The position numbers and the translations under genes are program-made. From assembly GCA_016934825.1 (NCBI GenBank), contig JAFGSB010000049.1, positions 10,045 through 74,044 of the forward strand: 64,000 nt of DNA, read 5' to 3'. Below are positions 1 through 11,700 of the stretch, piece after piece (position 1 is the stretch's first letter; the number at the start of each line of letters is the position of its first letter). The stretch comes from Candidatus Zhuqueibacterota bacterium. GTDB lineage: Bacteria > Zhuqueibacterota > Zhuqueibacteria > Residuimicrobiales > Krinioviventaceae. Below the pieces are notes generated by a model. That model was not told the DNA's origin. It saw nothing but the letters and a program-made list of their open reading frames with translations, and ran no database searches.

Positions 1-639
1 TTTAATAAAGATCATTTTCATGATTTCCTGGAATTCAAGCCCGGCGCCGGTTTCCGAATCAGAACTATTGGCTGTCAACTGGTAGAAATAAAGACCGGAT
101 CCCACCAGGTGGGAATAATCATCCCGTGCGTCCCACATGATTCGATAATGTCCCGGTAGTTCTGTTTTGGACTGTAATATTCTGATCCTTTGCCCCATCG
201 TGTTAAATATTTCAATGGTTACCCGGGATTTGCGTGGAAGATCATATTCAATAGTCGTTATCGGATTAAAAGGATTGGGATAGTTCTGGTATAGTTTGAA
301 CGATGCGGGTAAATTTGTATTATTTTCGGTACCAATTTCGGAAGGTTCGGCAAAAATCTGCGGCGCCCAAAAGCCCGATAATATAATACATTTATCATTA
401 TGAAGGGATCCAATTACCATTTCGCCCGCAGTGGCCGTATGGAAATTTTGTGCATTTACTGCGGTCAGTCCTCCTGAACCAACCACATACCGCGATATAA
501 AATAATTCGAATTTTGTATTTTCTTTACTGTTGGCATTTTCTTATCGGCAGGTGCGGCCCGGCTGAATGTAATGACCATACAAAAAAGTACGGTACACAT
601 GCAAAGAACAATTAAAAGGATATTGATATGTTTTTTCAT
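1..639 (-). CDS. Secreted protein with a Por/T9SS C-terminal sorting domain, 3' end (C-terminus) running off the window; start ATG at 639 (reverse complement) preceded by GGAGGA
   Basis: Reverse-complement translation gives MKKHINILLIVLCMCTVLFCMVITFSRAAPADKK… (signal peptide) and ends …NYPNPFNPITTIEYDLPRKSRVTIEIFNTMGQRIRILQSK…SGLYFYQL…, the T9SS CTD pattern shared with two other proteins in the window. Absent from the ORF track because no stop codon lies inside the window. Confidence 0.6.
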   Translation of the reverse strand, partial: MKKHINILLIVLCMCTVLFCMVITFSRAAPADKKMPTVKKIQNSNYFISRYVVGSGGLTAVNAQNFHTATAGEMVIGSLHNDKCIILSGFWAPQIFAEPSEIGTENNTNLPASFKLYQNYPNPFNPITTIEYDLPRKSRVTIEIFNTMGQRIRILQSKTELPGHYRIMWDARDDYSHLVGSGLYFYQLTANSSDSETGAGLEFQEIMKMIFIK

Positions 640-1247
640 ACAAATTCCTCCTTTACATTTTGTTATTTTTAATTATTAAAAAATGGAAAAATCATGTCCT
701 TATTATGACAAAAATTATATAACCGCCTGAGATAAAATAATAAAACATGAAAACACCGGTGAGAACTCTTACTGTTGGCTAATAATGGAAAGTTAAATCA
801 GATCAATACAACAATGAATGGTGTTCATACGCAATATTCTAAACAAATTTGAACATCAATAAATTCATTGAATTGATTAATAATTTTTCGCCGGTAACCG
901 GTTTAACACGGACACGAAACTCTTAATATCACATTTTATTAATATTTTTTTGGTATGAAACTGTTAGTGGTTTGTTCACGGAATTGTAATTTCTATTAAT
1001 AAATTGATTTTATTGAACTTGTAACCCCAACCGATCAAAAAAACCTCACAGATTAATTCATACCTGGACAGTTTTAATTCCTTAACATATTTTTAAACCA
1101 TTATTCTCCGGTTTTAAACCTGATTGGTTTTTCTGCAGAATAAAACAATTTTAACACCGGAAATAATATCAAATTTATGATTGTTTTACTGTCTTTGAGT
1201 TCTTTTAAATAAATAATTCCCTACTTTTGTGAAATGGAGTAAAATAT

Positions 1248-3146
1248 ATGGGGAACAAAGTTCAACTTGATTATCAACCTAAAAGTGAGACAATACAGGA
1301 AATATTGAACAGCCTTGCCGAAGGGGTTATTGTTGCCGATAAAGATGGAAAATTCATATATTTCAATGAGGCAGCCAGGGAAATATTAGGAATAGGTTAC
1401 AAAGACGTCTCCCAGCAAGAATGGCAGAGCATCTATGGTTGTTATTTCCCCGATCAAACCAGTCCATATCCTTCAGATCAGCTTCCATTAGCACGGGCGA
1501 TAAGAAACGATTATGTTATAAATGAAGAGCTTTTTATTCAAAATCAGGAACGTCCCGAGGGTGTATTCATTAATGTGAATGCCACCCCGTTAAAAGATTT
1601 TAATGGTCATATCAATGGCGGAACAATTATTTTTCAGGATATTACAGAAAGAAAACTGGACGAACTGGAGTTGAAAAAAAGCGAAGAGCGGATAAAAGCG
1701 TTGTTCAAGGGATTTCCGATCCCGACTTATGTCTGGCAAAAAGCAGACAACAATTTTATTCTAATCGATTACAACAATGCCGCCGATACAATCACCAAAG
1801 GAGCTGTCAGGAAATATATAGGTATCGATCTGCAGGAAATGTATGGAAAAACTCCTTATTTCAAAGATGTACAGTCCGATTTTTTATTATGTTATAATGA
1901 AAAAAGAACTGTTACCCGGGAAATGACGTACAAACTACAAAGTACTGGAGAAACCAAGGAACTCAAAGTCAGTTATGTGTTTGTACCATCCAATCTAATT
2001 CTTGTCCACACAGAAGATGTTAGCGATCATAAGCACGCCGTAGCAGAGATGAAAAAACTTTTTAATGCCGTGGAACAGACGGCCGATAGTGTTGTGATTA
2101 CAAATATCGATGGAATTATAGAATATGTAAATCCGGCTTTTGAAACCACTACCGGTTACAGTCGCGATGAAATTATCGGTCAAATTCCGGGAGTGCTGAA
2201 ATCCGGCAAGCATGATCATAAATTTTATAAAAATCTGTGGGATACCATTCTTTCGGGGCAACCTTTCCGGGATATATTAATTAACAGGAAAAAAAACGGT
2301 ACCTTGTACTGGTGCGAACAGACGATCACGCCCATGAAGGAAACTAACGGTCAAATTACTCACTTTGTGTCGGTGATGAAGGACATAACGGAGCTGAAAA
2401 AACGTCAGGAGCAGGAATTCAGGTTACAAATAGCCCGTGAAATACAACAGCAATTGTTAAAAGTACAGATCACCGTCCCCGGATTCGACATTGCCGGTGC
2501 AACTTATTCGGCAACAGAGACAAGCGGTGATTTTTTTGATTTCATTTCAATGAAAGACGGAAATATCGGCATTGTCATCGGAGATGTAAGCGGACACGGC
2601 ATTGGTTCCGCTCTTATTATGGCGCAAACACGCGCATATTTACGGGCATTTGCAAAAATGGAATCCGATCCCGGAATTATATTGACACTGTTGAACCAGG
2701 AACTTGTGGCCGACCTGGATGAGAAACATTTTGTAACATTGATATTGGCTAAACTTGATCCACATCATAAATCACTTGAATACTCCAGCGCGGGGCACGT
2801 ACCAGCGTATGTCTTGAATAAAACAGGTAAAGTAATACTTGAATTAAAAAGTACCGGTATTCCATTGGGATTTATGCGCGATTATAAATTTGAAAAAAGT
2901 CAATGTATCCAACTGACCCCTGAAAATTTGATTTTCTTTTTAACGGACGGCGTTTCGGAGGCACATTCAATACATGACAACGAATTCGGTTTCAGACGGG
3001 CCCTCCACAATATTAAAAAATACAGAAATTTGAACTCCCGTAGTATTGTGGAAAAACTTTATACAGCGGTGCAGTCATTTTCCCGAAATGCTTCACAGGA
3101 AGATGACATTACATCGATTGTCTGCAAGATTGATCCGGTTCAATAA
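1248..3146 (+). CDS. PAS-domain sensor fused to a PP2C/SpoIIE-type serine phosphatase (RsbU-like)
   Basis: Several PAS-like segments ('…EGVIVADKDGKFIYFNEAA…', '…SVVITNIDGIIEYVNPAFETTTGYSRDEIIG…') are followed by a PP2C core 'GDFFDF…GDVSGHGIGSALIMAQTRAYLRAF…FLTDGVSEA'. The start is preceded by GGAG. Confidence 0.8.
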   Translation: MGNKVQLDYQPKSETIQEILNSLAEGVIVADKDGKFIYFNEAAREILGIGYKDVSQQEWQSIYGCYFPDQTSPYPSDQLPLARAIRNDYVINEELFIQNQERPEGVFINVNATPLKDFNGHINGGTIIFQDITERKLDELELKKSEERIKALFKGFPIPTYVWQKADNNFILIDYNNAADTITKGAVRKYIGIDLQEMYGKTPYFKDVQSDFLLCYNEKRTVTREMTYKLQSTGETKELKVSYVFVPSNLILVHTEDVSDHKHAVAEMKKLFNAVEQTADSVVITNIDGIIEYVNPAFETTTGYSRDEIIGQIPGVLKSGKHDHKFYKNLWDTILSGQPFRDILINRKKNGTLYWCEQTITPMKETNGQITHFVSVMKDITELKKRQEQEFRLQIAREIQQQLLKVQITVPGFDIAGATYSATETSGDFFDFISMKDGNIGIVIGDVSGHGIGSALIMAQTRAYLRAFAKMESDPGIILTLLNQELVADLDEKHFVTLILAKLDPHHKSLEYSSAGHVPAYVLNKTGKVILELKSTGIPLGFMRDYKFEKSQCIQLTPENLIFFLTDGVSEAHSIHDNEFGFRRALHNIKKYRNLNSRSIVEKLYTAVQSFSRNASQEDDITSIVCKIDPVQ

Positions 3147-3237
3147 AACACAAATCTCTGTTTTATATTCATCAACATGTACACTTTGTGAAATCATTCA
3201 ACCGGTAAAAAATATCGATAAAATACTATTTCAGGCT

Positions 3238-3927
3238 TTATTTGCTCTGAATTAATTTATTCTCCTCATCTTTTAAACTCACAACATAATAAAGAGTAGC
3301 AAACGCCAGTTCGATCAACATAAGCGATATAATAATACCGACAAAGCAGCAAATTAATCCGAGAATGGCGATAAACACCCCCAGTAAACCGATCAGGAAA
3401 ACCGTGGTCGCGTGACCGTTAGTCATCCGCCAGCTTTCCTTTACGGCTTCAATCGCATCCAGTTTACGGTCCACGATAAGGTAAGGTACAAACGCCAGTT
3501 TGCAGGCCAAAATAATTCCGGGAACAATACAACAAATTAGTCCAAATCCAATAATAAAACCCGTTAATATGTTGGCCAATACGGCATGCAGGTAATTTTG
3601 AAAAACCTCGAACATATCCTGAATTTTTATTTTTTCACTCCTGGCGGCTTTAAGGAAAGCAAAGGAAACACCATAGTCAACCGGATTTAAAATGATAACA
3701 GAGTAAAGAATGGACATTGTTAATGCATAAAACGCGACAATACCGCCTTCTTCTTCAATAACGGATAAAATACCCGTTGGAACGGCGATGAGTAAACAAA
3801 TCATCGCGATCAGGAACAACTCGAAGAAATTTTTCCATAATTGTCTCCACGCATGGCTGTAACAGGAACTGACATCTGCGAGTAATATCGGCTTATCCGG
3901 AACAGTACTTTGGTTTTCATTTGTCAT
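3238..3927 (-). CDS. Integral membrane protein, DUF975-like (function unknown)
   Basis: Multiple hydrophobic helices, no catalytic motifs; the family assignment is tentative. Confidence 0.5.
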   Translation of the reverse strand: MTNENQSTVPDKPILLADVSSCYSHAWRQLWKNFFELFLIAMICLLIAVPTGILSVIEEEGGIVAFYALTMSILYSVIILNPVDYGVSFAFLKAARSEKIKIQDMFEVFQNYLHAVLANILTGFIIGFGLICCIVPGIILACKLAFVPYLIVDRKLDAIEAVKESWRMTNGHATTVFLIGLLGVFIAILGLICCFVGIIISLMLIELAFATLYYVVSLKDEENKLIQSK

Positions 3928-4314
3928 TTTTTATCCCTCACATTTATAACTGGTATTACGATTGAGTAACATAAAAAAATGATTGTTTTAATGAACTACC
4001 TTGCAGCAAGCTACGAGATATCTCATGGTCGTTTTTATTAATATTCTAAAGTACGCTTCGGAGAATTAAACCAAAAAAGATTAAATGTCGTTACAGATAA
4101 GTGGAAAATCTGTCATCACGAACTTTAATTAATTTGTACCAATTCCCGAACTGCAGAAAAGGGATTCTTTATATTTATTTACCCTTCGCAAGATCGTTTA
4201 TTCAGCAAATACTGATATATATTCGCTCCGGGCAAAATGTAAAAGGTGAATTCAAGCAACAAGTGCAACAGAAAAACAAAATAATATTGAGCCCCCGCCT
4301 CATAATTATTAAAA

Positions 4315-7086
4315 TTATGATTCAATATTCAATTTTTTTTTCTGAATAACACGTTTTACGTTCCACCCATCTGTTTGTATTATCAGTTCAATGGGACCAT
4401 GAATTTGAGCACGTTCAGAGATTTGCAACGACGCGTTCAGTGTTATCTCTTCACCCGGAGTTAGATGGATATAATTTTCATCGATATAAAAACGTACACC
4501 CTCAGGCAGATTGGTAATTAATGTTTCAAGTCCCATAATTATATTTTGGCTCGTATTTTTATAGCTGATTAAAAAGTTTTTTTCTTCCAGTTGTTTCATT
4601 TTATCAGGGAATTTTTTTATGGTTGGCAAAATTTCATTTTTGCTCCAATTATGATATTCACCAAAAAATCCTCCTGAAACACTGTTGCGATTCTCGTCAC
4701 CAATCATACAGGTGTATTCATTTCGGGAAATAAATTTATTATTTGAATTGAACAAATCAAGTCGCAAAAGGAAATTGTGTTGTTTTGGTTCTGCAGGTAT
4801 TACCCAATCCAGCTTGCCAATACAATTCGTACCATTTGCAGGAACTGACCCGGAAAACTGTTTTTGATAGACGATATCTCCTTTTTCGCCCATGAATATA
4901 GTTGCCTCAACATGCAAATCATTTTTTGAATCGAAATAGTCGTTGATCAAACAAACGGATAAATCATATAATTCTCCGGGTTTAAGCACCTCATACTGTT
5001 GAGATGCGGTGGCCAAAAGAGGGAGCCCGGCTTTTTTAAAAGCAAAATAATTTGGTTTGGCAGTCCCATTGTAAAAAATCATATGGTCGGAGGCTAATGG
5101 CCAAATGTCATTAAATCCCCAGAAAAGACAACCGGACACTTTATATTTTTCAAGCCTGGTATTTTCTAATTGGGCCTGCCATCCTATTACTCCCCTCAAT
5201 GCTTCAATGTGAATTAGCTCATCAAGGTTTCGAGCCACACCATAAAGTTTTTCATTCTTTGCAGGCTCTTTGATCAACTTTAGTGATCTATACCCAAGTC
5301 TGTCCTCATTGCCGTAAATCGGAAACAGATGTTCCTCTCTCATAAAGCTGAGCATGTCGGATCGCGGCGGCCACACCTGGTAATATCCACCCTCGCTGAT
5401 ATATCGTTTATAGACCCTGCTTCGCTCACTTTGTTTAATTATCCCCATTCCGCCATGTTCATCAGCTCCATGGGGAGAGGCTTTATGGAAATCCCGGGTA
5501 GGATCATAACGTTCACAGAGTTCAATTAACTTGTCAAGCTGCTGCTTACGGTCCGGTCGGCTGGCATCAAATTCATTCCCGCCGCAATAGAGTACCAGAC
5601 TCGGGTGGTTGCGTGTCCGTTTTATATTTGTGATAACCGCCTTCCAGGAAGATTCCTGTGATTGCGCGGGGGTATAGCTGCCTATCCAAAAGTCCTGCCA
5701 GACCATAATCCCCAGACTGTCACATAAATTATAAAAATCATCCGTTTCATAAAGACCTTCACCCCAAACCCGGAGCAAATTCACACCGGCTGCCGCCCCC
5801 AGACGAAGAATATATCTATAACGTTCAGGATGAGTATCTAACATTGCATCAATAGGAATCCAGTTTGCGCCCTGCGTAAAAACTTTTTTGCCATTGATGA
5901 CAAAGGTCCAGTTGTACTCTCCATCCACCATTTCACTTTCAGGGAGCTCTATTCCATCCAACCAATGCGGGTCCTCATTTGCCACTTTTTGCAATGTTCT
6001 GACGCCGAAGGATTCAACAGCATTATCAGAAAGAATGCCGGCGTCGTCTCTAAGCGAAATGTCCATTTCATATAATAGTTGCTCTCCCAACCTTACCGGC
6101 CACCATAATTTTGCATTGGCGAGCAAAATGGAATCGGAAAGCTTTACAGTGCTTTCCGCCGGAACCTCAACCTGCCATGATTTCTGTAAAAGAGTTTGCG
6201 TCTTGCCCTTTTGATGAATTTTCAGGTCGACTATTCCATGATGAATTTCATTTCCTTGATTCAAGACAGATACACTGAAATCCAGTTCCGCATTATTATC
6301 AGAAGAGATGTTACGTGTTATCATAAAGGGTCCATCTAATTGCAGCCGATTTCTGGCCACTAATTTGATTGGTTGTAAAATACCTATCGGTACTATGTGA
6401 GTGCCCCAATCCCAGCCAAATAAACAACTCGAGATCAGGAACTCACCGTTTTGGGGATTTGTTGGTGTAACCCAGTTTCGGCGCTGCAATGTTGGATCAT
6501 TTCTGCTGCTCATGAACCATAAATCCGGGATAGAATGAGTGGAATTCTCGGGTGGACGCATACGTATGGTAATAATGTTTTTTTCGCCATATTTCAAGGC
6601 ATTTTCCGCACCCATTTTTAGACGCAGATAATTGCCCTCAGTAACACCGATCCACACCTGGTTAATCCAGACATCAGCCCGATAATTGACCATATTACAT
6701 TCCAGTGTAACCAGTTTACCCTTCCAGTTATCCGGGACATCAAAATAACGCACAAACCACCATTCTTTTTCTTCGACCCATAATGACTGTTTCGCTTGTT
6801 CTTCAATATAAGGATGGGGAATTTTATTGGCTTCAATAAGGGCTTGTCTTACACACCCGGGTATACGGACGGGATAGGCATCTTTTGTTAGTTGTTGTGG
6901 ATCGGGAAGGGGGTCCACCAATAATATTCGAAATGACGGTTTCCACATTCCCATACCAAACTCAAAATCCTTGACTGTCCATGTGCCGTCCAGTGAGATT
7001 TCATCTAAACCAGTTGAAAAAGTCCGGCTTGCATGCATGTTGATGAAACAACTCGCCAACAGGAAAATTAAAAATATTTTACGCAT
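4315..7086 (-). CDS. Glycoside hydrolase family 2 protein with signal peptide, beta-mannosidase-like
   Basis: N-terminal signal peptide MRKIFLIFLLASCFINMHA. Its 923-aa length fits GH2. 'LYCGGNEFDAS' is a GH2-type acid/base 'NE' motif; 'WQDFWIGSYT' and the sugar-binding/Ig-like/TIM-barrel order also fit. Confidence 0.7.
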   Translation of the reverse strand: MRKIFLIFLLASCFINMHASRTFSTGLDEISLDGTWTVKDFEFGMGMWKPSFRILLVDPLPDPQQLTKDAYPVRIPGCVRQALIEANKIPHPYIEEQAKQSLWVEEKEWWFVRYFDVPDNWKGKLVTLECNMVNYRADVWINQVWIGVTEGNYLRLKMGAENALKYGEKNIITIRMRPPENSTHSIPDLWFMSSRNDPTLQRRNWVTPTNPQNGEFLISSCLFGWDWGTHIVPIGILQPIKLVARNRLQLDGPFMITRNISSDNNAELDFSVSVLNQGNEIHHGIVDLKIHQKGKTQTLLQKSWQVEVPAESTVKLSDSILLANAKLWWPVRLGEQLLYEMDISLRDDAGILSDNAVESFGVRTLQKVANEDPHWLDGIELPESEMVDGEYNWTFVINGKKVFTQGANWIPIDAMLDTHPERYRYILRLGAAAGVNLLRVWGEGLYETDDFYNLCDSLGIMVWQDFWIGSYTPAQSQESSWKAVITNIKRTRNHPSLVLYCGGNEFDASRPDRKQQLDKLIELCERYDPTRDFHKASPHGADEHGGMGIIKQSERSRVYKRYISEGGYYQVWPPRSDMLSFMREEHLFPIYGNEDRLGYRSLKLIKEPAKNEKLYGVARNLDELIHIEALRGVIGWQAQLENTRLEKYKVSGCLFWGFNDIWPLASDHMIFYNGTAKPNYFAFKKAGLPLLATASQQYEVLKPGELYDLSVCLINDYFDSKNDLHVEATIFMGEKGDIVYQKQFSGSVPANGTNCIGKLDWVIPAEPKQHNFLLRLDLFNSNNKFISRNEYTCMIGDENRNSVSGGFFGEYHNWSKNEILPTIKKFPDKMKQLEEKNFLISYKNTSQNIIMGLETLITNLPEGVRFYIDENYIHLTPGEEITLNASLQISERAQIHGPIELIIQTDGWNVKRVIQKKKLNIES

Positions 7087-7237
7087 AACCTGCCTCTTTT
7101 TACTTAAATGTAAGGTGATGACATAATTGCGGATAATATATTACAGAATTTAAAATTCATAAAAAAATCATAGATTTTAAACTGTTGGACTTGTTACTTG
7201 AACTGTGATGATTGAATTCTTTTTTAAATGTTTTTTA

Positions 7238-8377
7238 TTATTTTTGTGTCTTCCTTTCGATCAAACTTTTTGCGGTGATATGATCTGTAATTAAAACATT
7301 TGCCAGCTTTCCAATCAGGGCGGCATAGATCACATCAACCCGGTGATGTGTAACTCCGGCAGTTAAAATTACAGTTTTATTACCCTCAACCATATTTTTC
7401 AGTCGTTTTAATCCAAAACCCAACGGAAAGATTTCTTCTTCCGATTCGTCCAGCATTTCATTTCCGTTGTTATCAAAAAACCAGGAATTGATTTCCCCGA
7501 TGGCGCCCCTGGACTGCATTCGTTCCACTTCTTTGACGTTTACCAGCCCCGTCAAAACTGCATGCGATTCTTTTGAAGCCACCCCAATTGAAGTAATCGC
7601 TATCGTGGCCCCGTCCATGAGTGGTTTGATTGTGTCGTTCCATATTTTACTGTATTTGGTAATCGCTTTACTGACTTTAGCTTCGCCCTGCTGAAACACC
7701 GCGGGAAACGGAATACAGTAATAATTTTGAGACCCGTATATATAAGCAATATCGGAAACCAGCGTGTTGGCGTCGAAAGGATCGATTTTCAACCCCCTGA
7801 ATCCGATCATAGGCGCAACCTTTAAATTTGCAAGCGTTCGGGTCGGTTTCAGGTGACTGACCACCCCGCGCATAGTCCTCCCCCATGATATAAACAGAGA
7901 ATCATCATCCTGGATTCTTTCGTCCAGATATAAAGCGGCCTTTCTGGTTAATTCCCCGGTAATTGCTTCCCGCACGGATTGCAAAGCTAAATCGGTCCAA
8001 CCAACATTTTTATTACCTCTTTCGCGAAACGCTCTGGAAACGACCGGCTCAAGGTTATGGGCCTCAATGGGAGAATAATCAAATATACCCTGATCGCCCT
8101 GAATCAGGCGGACATCTTTTAAGCCGAACAGTTTCTGCAATTGTAATGAATAATCTTTGAAATTAATATTGGCCGGTTCAACAACCCGTACCTGAAGCCA
8201 ACCCAGTTCGTCGGCTCTTTTGAGAATTCTGGAAATACCGGCGGGCGATATATCCAGCATTTTGGCTACCTGATTACCAGGTATTTTTAATTCATGACAA
8301 AGATGAGCGACAATATAGGTTTCCCATTTTTCGCGCTCGTTTAAAACGGAACCGGGATCCTCAAATTTATTTTCCAT
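7238..8377 (-). CDS. SorC/DeoR-type transcriptional regulator (N-terminal HTH plus C-terminal sugar-phosphate-binding domain)
   Basis: HTH segment 'NQVAKMLDISPAGISRILKRADELGWLQVRV' followed by a ~300-aa CggR/SorC-like sugar-binding domain. Transcribed on the same strand as, and upstream of, the GH2 gene. Confidence 0.6.
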   Translation of the reverse strand: MENKFEDPGSVLNEREKWETYIVAHLCHELKIPGNQVAKMLDISPAGISRILKRADELGWLQVRVVEPANINFKDYSLQLQKLFGLKDVRLIQGDQGIFDYSPIEAHNLEPVVSRAFRERGNKNVGWTDLALQSVREAITGELTRKAALYLDERIQDDDSLFISWGRTMRGVVSHLKPTRTLANLKVAPMIGFRGLKIDPFDANTLVSDIAYIYGSQNYYCIPFPAVFQQGEAKVSKAITKYSKIWNDTIKPLMDGATIAITSIGVASKESHAVLTGLVNVKEVERMQSRGAIGEINSWFFDNNGNEMLDESEEEIFPLGFGLKRLKNMVEGNKTVILTAGVTHHRVDVIYAALIGKLANVLITDHITAKSLIERKTQK

Positions 8378-8481
8378 AAACTTTCCCTACAATTAATACT
8401 ATATATTTTTTTCATTAAGAAATTTATTGCATATTCATGAAAGAGTCAATAAAAAATTTATTTAAAAAATGAATATTTTAC

Positions 8482-8510
8482 TTGACAAAATAAAAAAAAT
8501 CCACTATCTT
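8482..8510 (+). promoter_or_regulatory. Candidate sigma70-type promoter (TTGACA, 17-nt spacer, TATCTT) about 270 bp upstream of the giant ORF
   Basis: TTGACA at 8482-8487 and TATCTT at 8505-8510; the AT-rich context makes chance matches likely. Confidence 0.25.
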
Positions 8511-8760
8511 ATAAAAGATATTTCTTTCGAAGTGAAATATATTTTATTAAATATTCTGTTTTCTTTTGTTATTTTTTCATATATATTTACACAGGTGCAT
8601 GTCCAGAACGTGTTTACCGTACAAACCGGAGGTTACCGTATCGAAAATTAAATCTTTGTGCCGCATATAATCTGATAAATATTAATATATTTAACATGAT
8701 TAAAAGATAAAAGTAAAGTTGATCTATAACTTTTTGTAATAAACCGGAGGGATTGAAATT

Positions 8761-11700
8761 ATGCAGACCGAAACTCTGAAAAATGAAATTTTAACTCCTA
8801 TGGGATTACACGATCTTGCGGAAAATGATATCGATAATTTGTTATCCATTATTGTTAAAAAAACGGATAATAAGGAAACATATTTTTTCAAGGACCTCAC
8901 CTTTAACGAATATTCTCACTGTTTTGATCTGAATAAAAAATTTATTTATGAAATCAATAAATGGATCAACTTTATCATCAATCATGAAAAACTCAACATC
9001 AATGAACAGTATTATACCGTTGTTTTTGAAAAATATTTCAAAAATAAAAATTACTTTCCGCTTTCCAGAACATTACGGATGCTGCTTTTCCTGGAATCAA
9101 TTTTTATCAATAACTTTAACGATCCTGAAAACGCCACAACCATCGAAAATTTAAATAAAAACTTTAATATTAACTGGAATATTATTTTAACAGAAAAATC
9201 GGATTTGTTTGTTTATGGAAAAGAATTTTTAATTGATGATATTAATTTAATAAAACAAACCACTATCCCGGTAAATCATAATTTTCACATATCGCTGGCA
9301 TTGTTATTTATCATTGCGGTGTTCTATTCACAAACCGAAGCATACCGGACTGTATTTTGGGAAACATACAGCGCGGAACGTGGCAGAACGGAAATTCAAA
9401 AAAGATTTCAGTTCCTTGATTGTTTTACCATTGAGGGAACGGATCATACCGTATTGGATTTTATTATAGATTTAGTCACCATTATTATCCGGTATCAATC
9501 CGACCCGGGACAACTGGTACGGTTTTTCGGGGATTTTAAATACTATAAAAAAATCGCCTGGCTGACAAAGGAAAAATATAATAACGCCGTAATAAATGAA
9601 AAAATCCTGCATTCTATTTTTAATATTTTGGCTATCATAGAAGAAGCAAGGAATCATCAATTACCGGTAATGACCGACCATACAAAGAATCATATTCAAA
9701 CAGGCATCGATCTGGGCGAAGTTCTGAATAAAGGTGTTCACGAGCCCTTGGATTTGAACCAGCTGAAAAATATGCTGATTAACCTGTCTAAAAATAAAAA
9801 ATATTTACAGAATTATGAAAAAATAAAAAAGGATTATGAGCTACAAAGAGAGGGGTTCACATTTCGATGGTCTTTTGCACGGTCGATTATTAGAAAATTA
9901 CCGGTTGTCGAACCTGATTTTTACAGGTTTTTAAAGCTGACAGAAGAATATGTTATTCAAAATATCAGGGAAAATAACCCTGACAATATTGATATAAAAA
10001 ACCTGGAAAAATTGATCGCGCAATTTTCTTTTGGTCGTGATCAATCGCATAACCTGAAAAAATTAATTTTCAACAATATTAAAAAAATAATGAGCCATAT
10101 CGACGAAACGGATTCGCAACATCATTTTGCTGATGAATTTGAAAAAGCGTTTTATTATCATATTTTAACCATCCCGGATCCTTTTGAGCAGAATAATAAA
10201 GAATATGTCATAAAAATCAAGCTCAAAGACTATATTGCCGCCCCCCATCTCATTTTTGATGAGGAAACCGCAAACAGTTTCAACCGACAATGTGACAGTG
10301 ACTCCTGTGTGCCGAAAGTCCTTGAAGAACAAAAAGATGAGAATATTGATGTCTGTGAATTATTCAGATATTTGTATGTCCGGACAAAGGAAGAATTTGA
10401 TTTACAGGCGAAACGATTGAGTAATAATTACTGGATGTATTTTCCGGTGCCGCTTTTTAAAAGAATTTTGGAAGTTATTTACCGTTTGCAGCCGAATAAT
10501 TGTATCTCAATACCGATAAAAATTAAAAAAGGCGAAGACAATAATAATCAATTTCCAAAACAGACGGATGATGATAAAACAAAAACATTTTTAATTACAT
10601 TTCCCCGCGGCCTGCAAAAGGACAATGAAACGGATATCGAGATAATTAAATGTCTGGCGAATTACGTATGGTCAAATGTTCAAAATAAAGCCATGTCCGA
10701 AGGATTTAAATCAGCAGATATTATACTTGAAGAACTTGATAAACTCTCTGATACAAAAAATACCAAGCAGGACAAAAATTCAAATTGTATTGATAAAGAG
10801 TATTTAATAAGGGAAATTGAAGCGGCAAACAGATACAATTCTTACCACATATTGACGGAAAAGTATTTAACGGATTATAATAAAGAACGCGAAAATATTA
10901 AAACCATCTTTCAACCGGAAATACAATCCTTAAGACCCCTTTCGGTTACTAATCTTAAGAAATTATTAATAAAACAGTTAAATATATATTCCGGGAATAA
11001 AGATTCGGAAAATAAAAGTTTAATTTACATAGGAATTGATATTGGCGGTACATTTATCAAAGTTCAATTTTTTGAATTTATTAAAAACGCAAAAGAGTAC
11101 GAATTTAAAGAAATCGGAGATAAATTCAGGTTATTAACCAAACAAAAAAGAAACACACGGTCCGAACTGCCCGATAAAGAAATTTCTTCGCAGGATTTTG
11201 TTAAAAATATCATCCAAAGGATCAATTTACAAATCTTTTCGAATGATGAAATCAGAAAGAAACTGGAAAACAACAATATACATTCGATCGGCATAACGTG
11301 GCCGGGACCAGTCAGGGACAATAAAGTGTCCGGCACCAGTGGAATTTTGCAGCAGTTTTCTCCCCTCACCAGGGAAATCCCCAAAAATCAAATTGAGGAT
11401 ATCTGGAAATTAAATATTGTCGATACCTTTAAAAATGAATGGAAAGATAATTTCTGTTTAAATAAAGAAATATCACAAAAAGACATAACAGTTCCATTTG
11501 TAGCGCTGGTAAACGACGGCGACGCCGAAGGAATGGGGGCAATAGCATTTCCAATATTTGCAGATCCGAATTTTGATCTAGACGCGAATCCTGACCATGA
11601 AAAGGAAAATACTTTAATAGTTATTAAAATGGGTACCGGCACGGCGGGCGCGATTTTTAAAAATGAGAGTCTGGTTAAGAATCTGAACGAATGGGGAAAA

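Noticed and set aside
1995-2261. Numerous short antisense or overlapping ORFs in the track (for example 1995..2261, 4685..4867, 5888..6214, 9472..9660, 16165..16365, 25570..25905, 26620..27015, 32506..33048, 42942..43508, 43689..44051)
   Set aside because: Each lies entirely inside a longer ORF on the opposite strand or in another frame that carries clear family motifs. None shows motifs or ribosome-binding sites. Treated as spurious.
3046-3255. 69-aa ORF overlapping the 3' end of the PAS–PP2C gene
   Set aside because: It overlaps the phosphatase's C-terminal coding region out of frame. No RBS and no conservation cues.
8469-8651. 60-aa ORF in the AT-rich region upstream of the giant gene
   Set aside because: Low-complexity hydrophobic translation of AT-rich DNA. 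More likely promoter or leader sequence than a gene.
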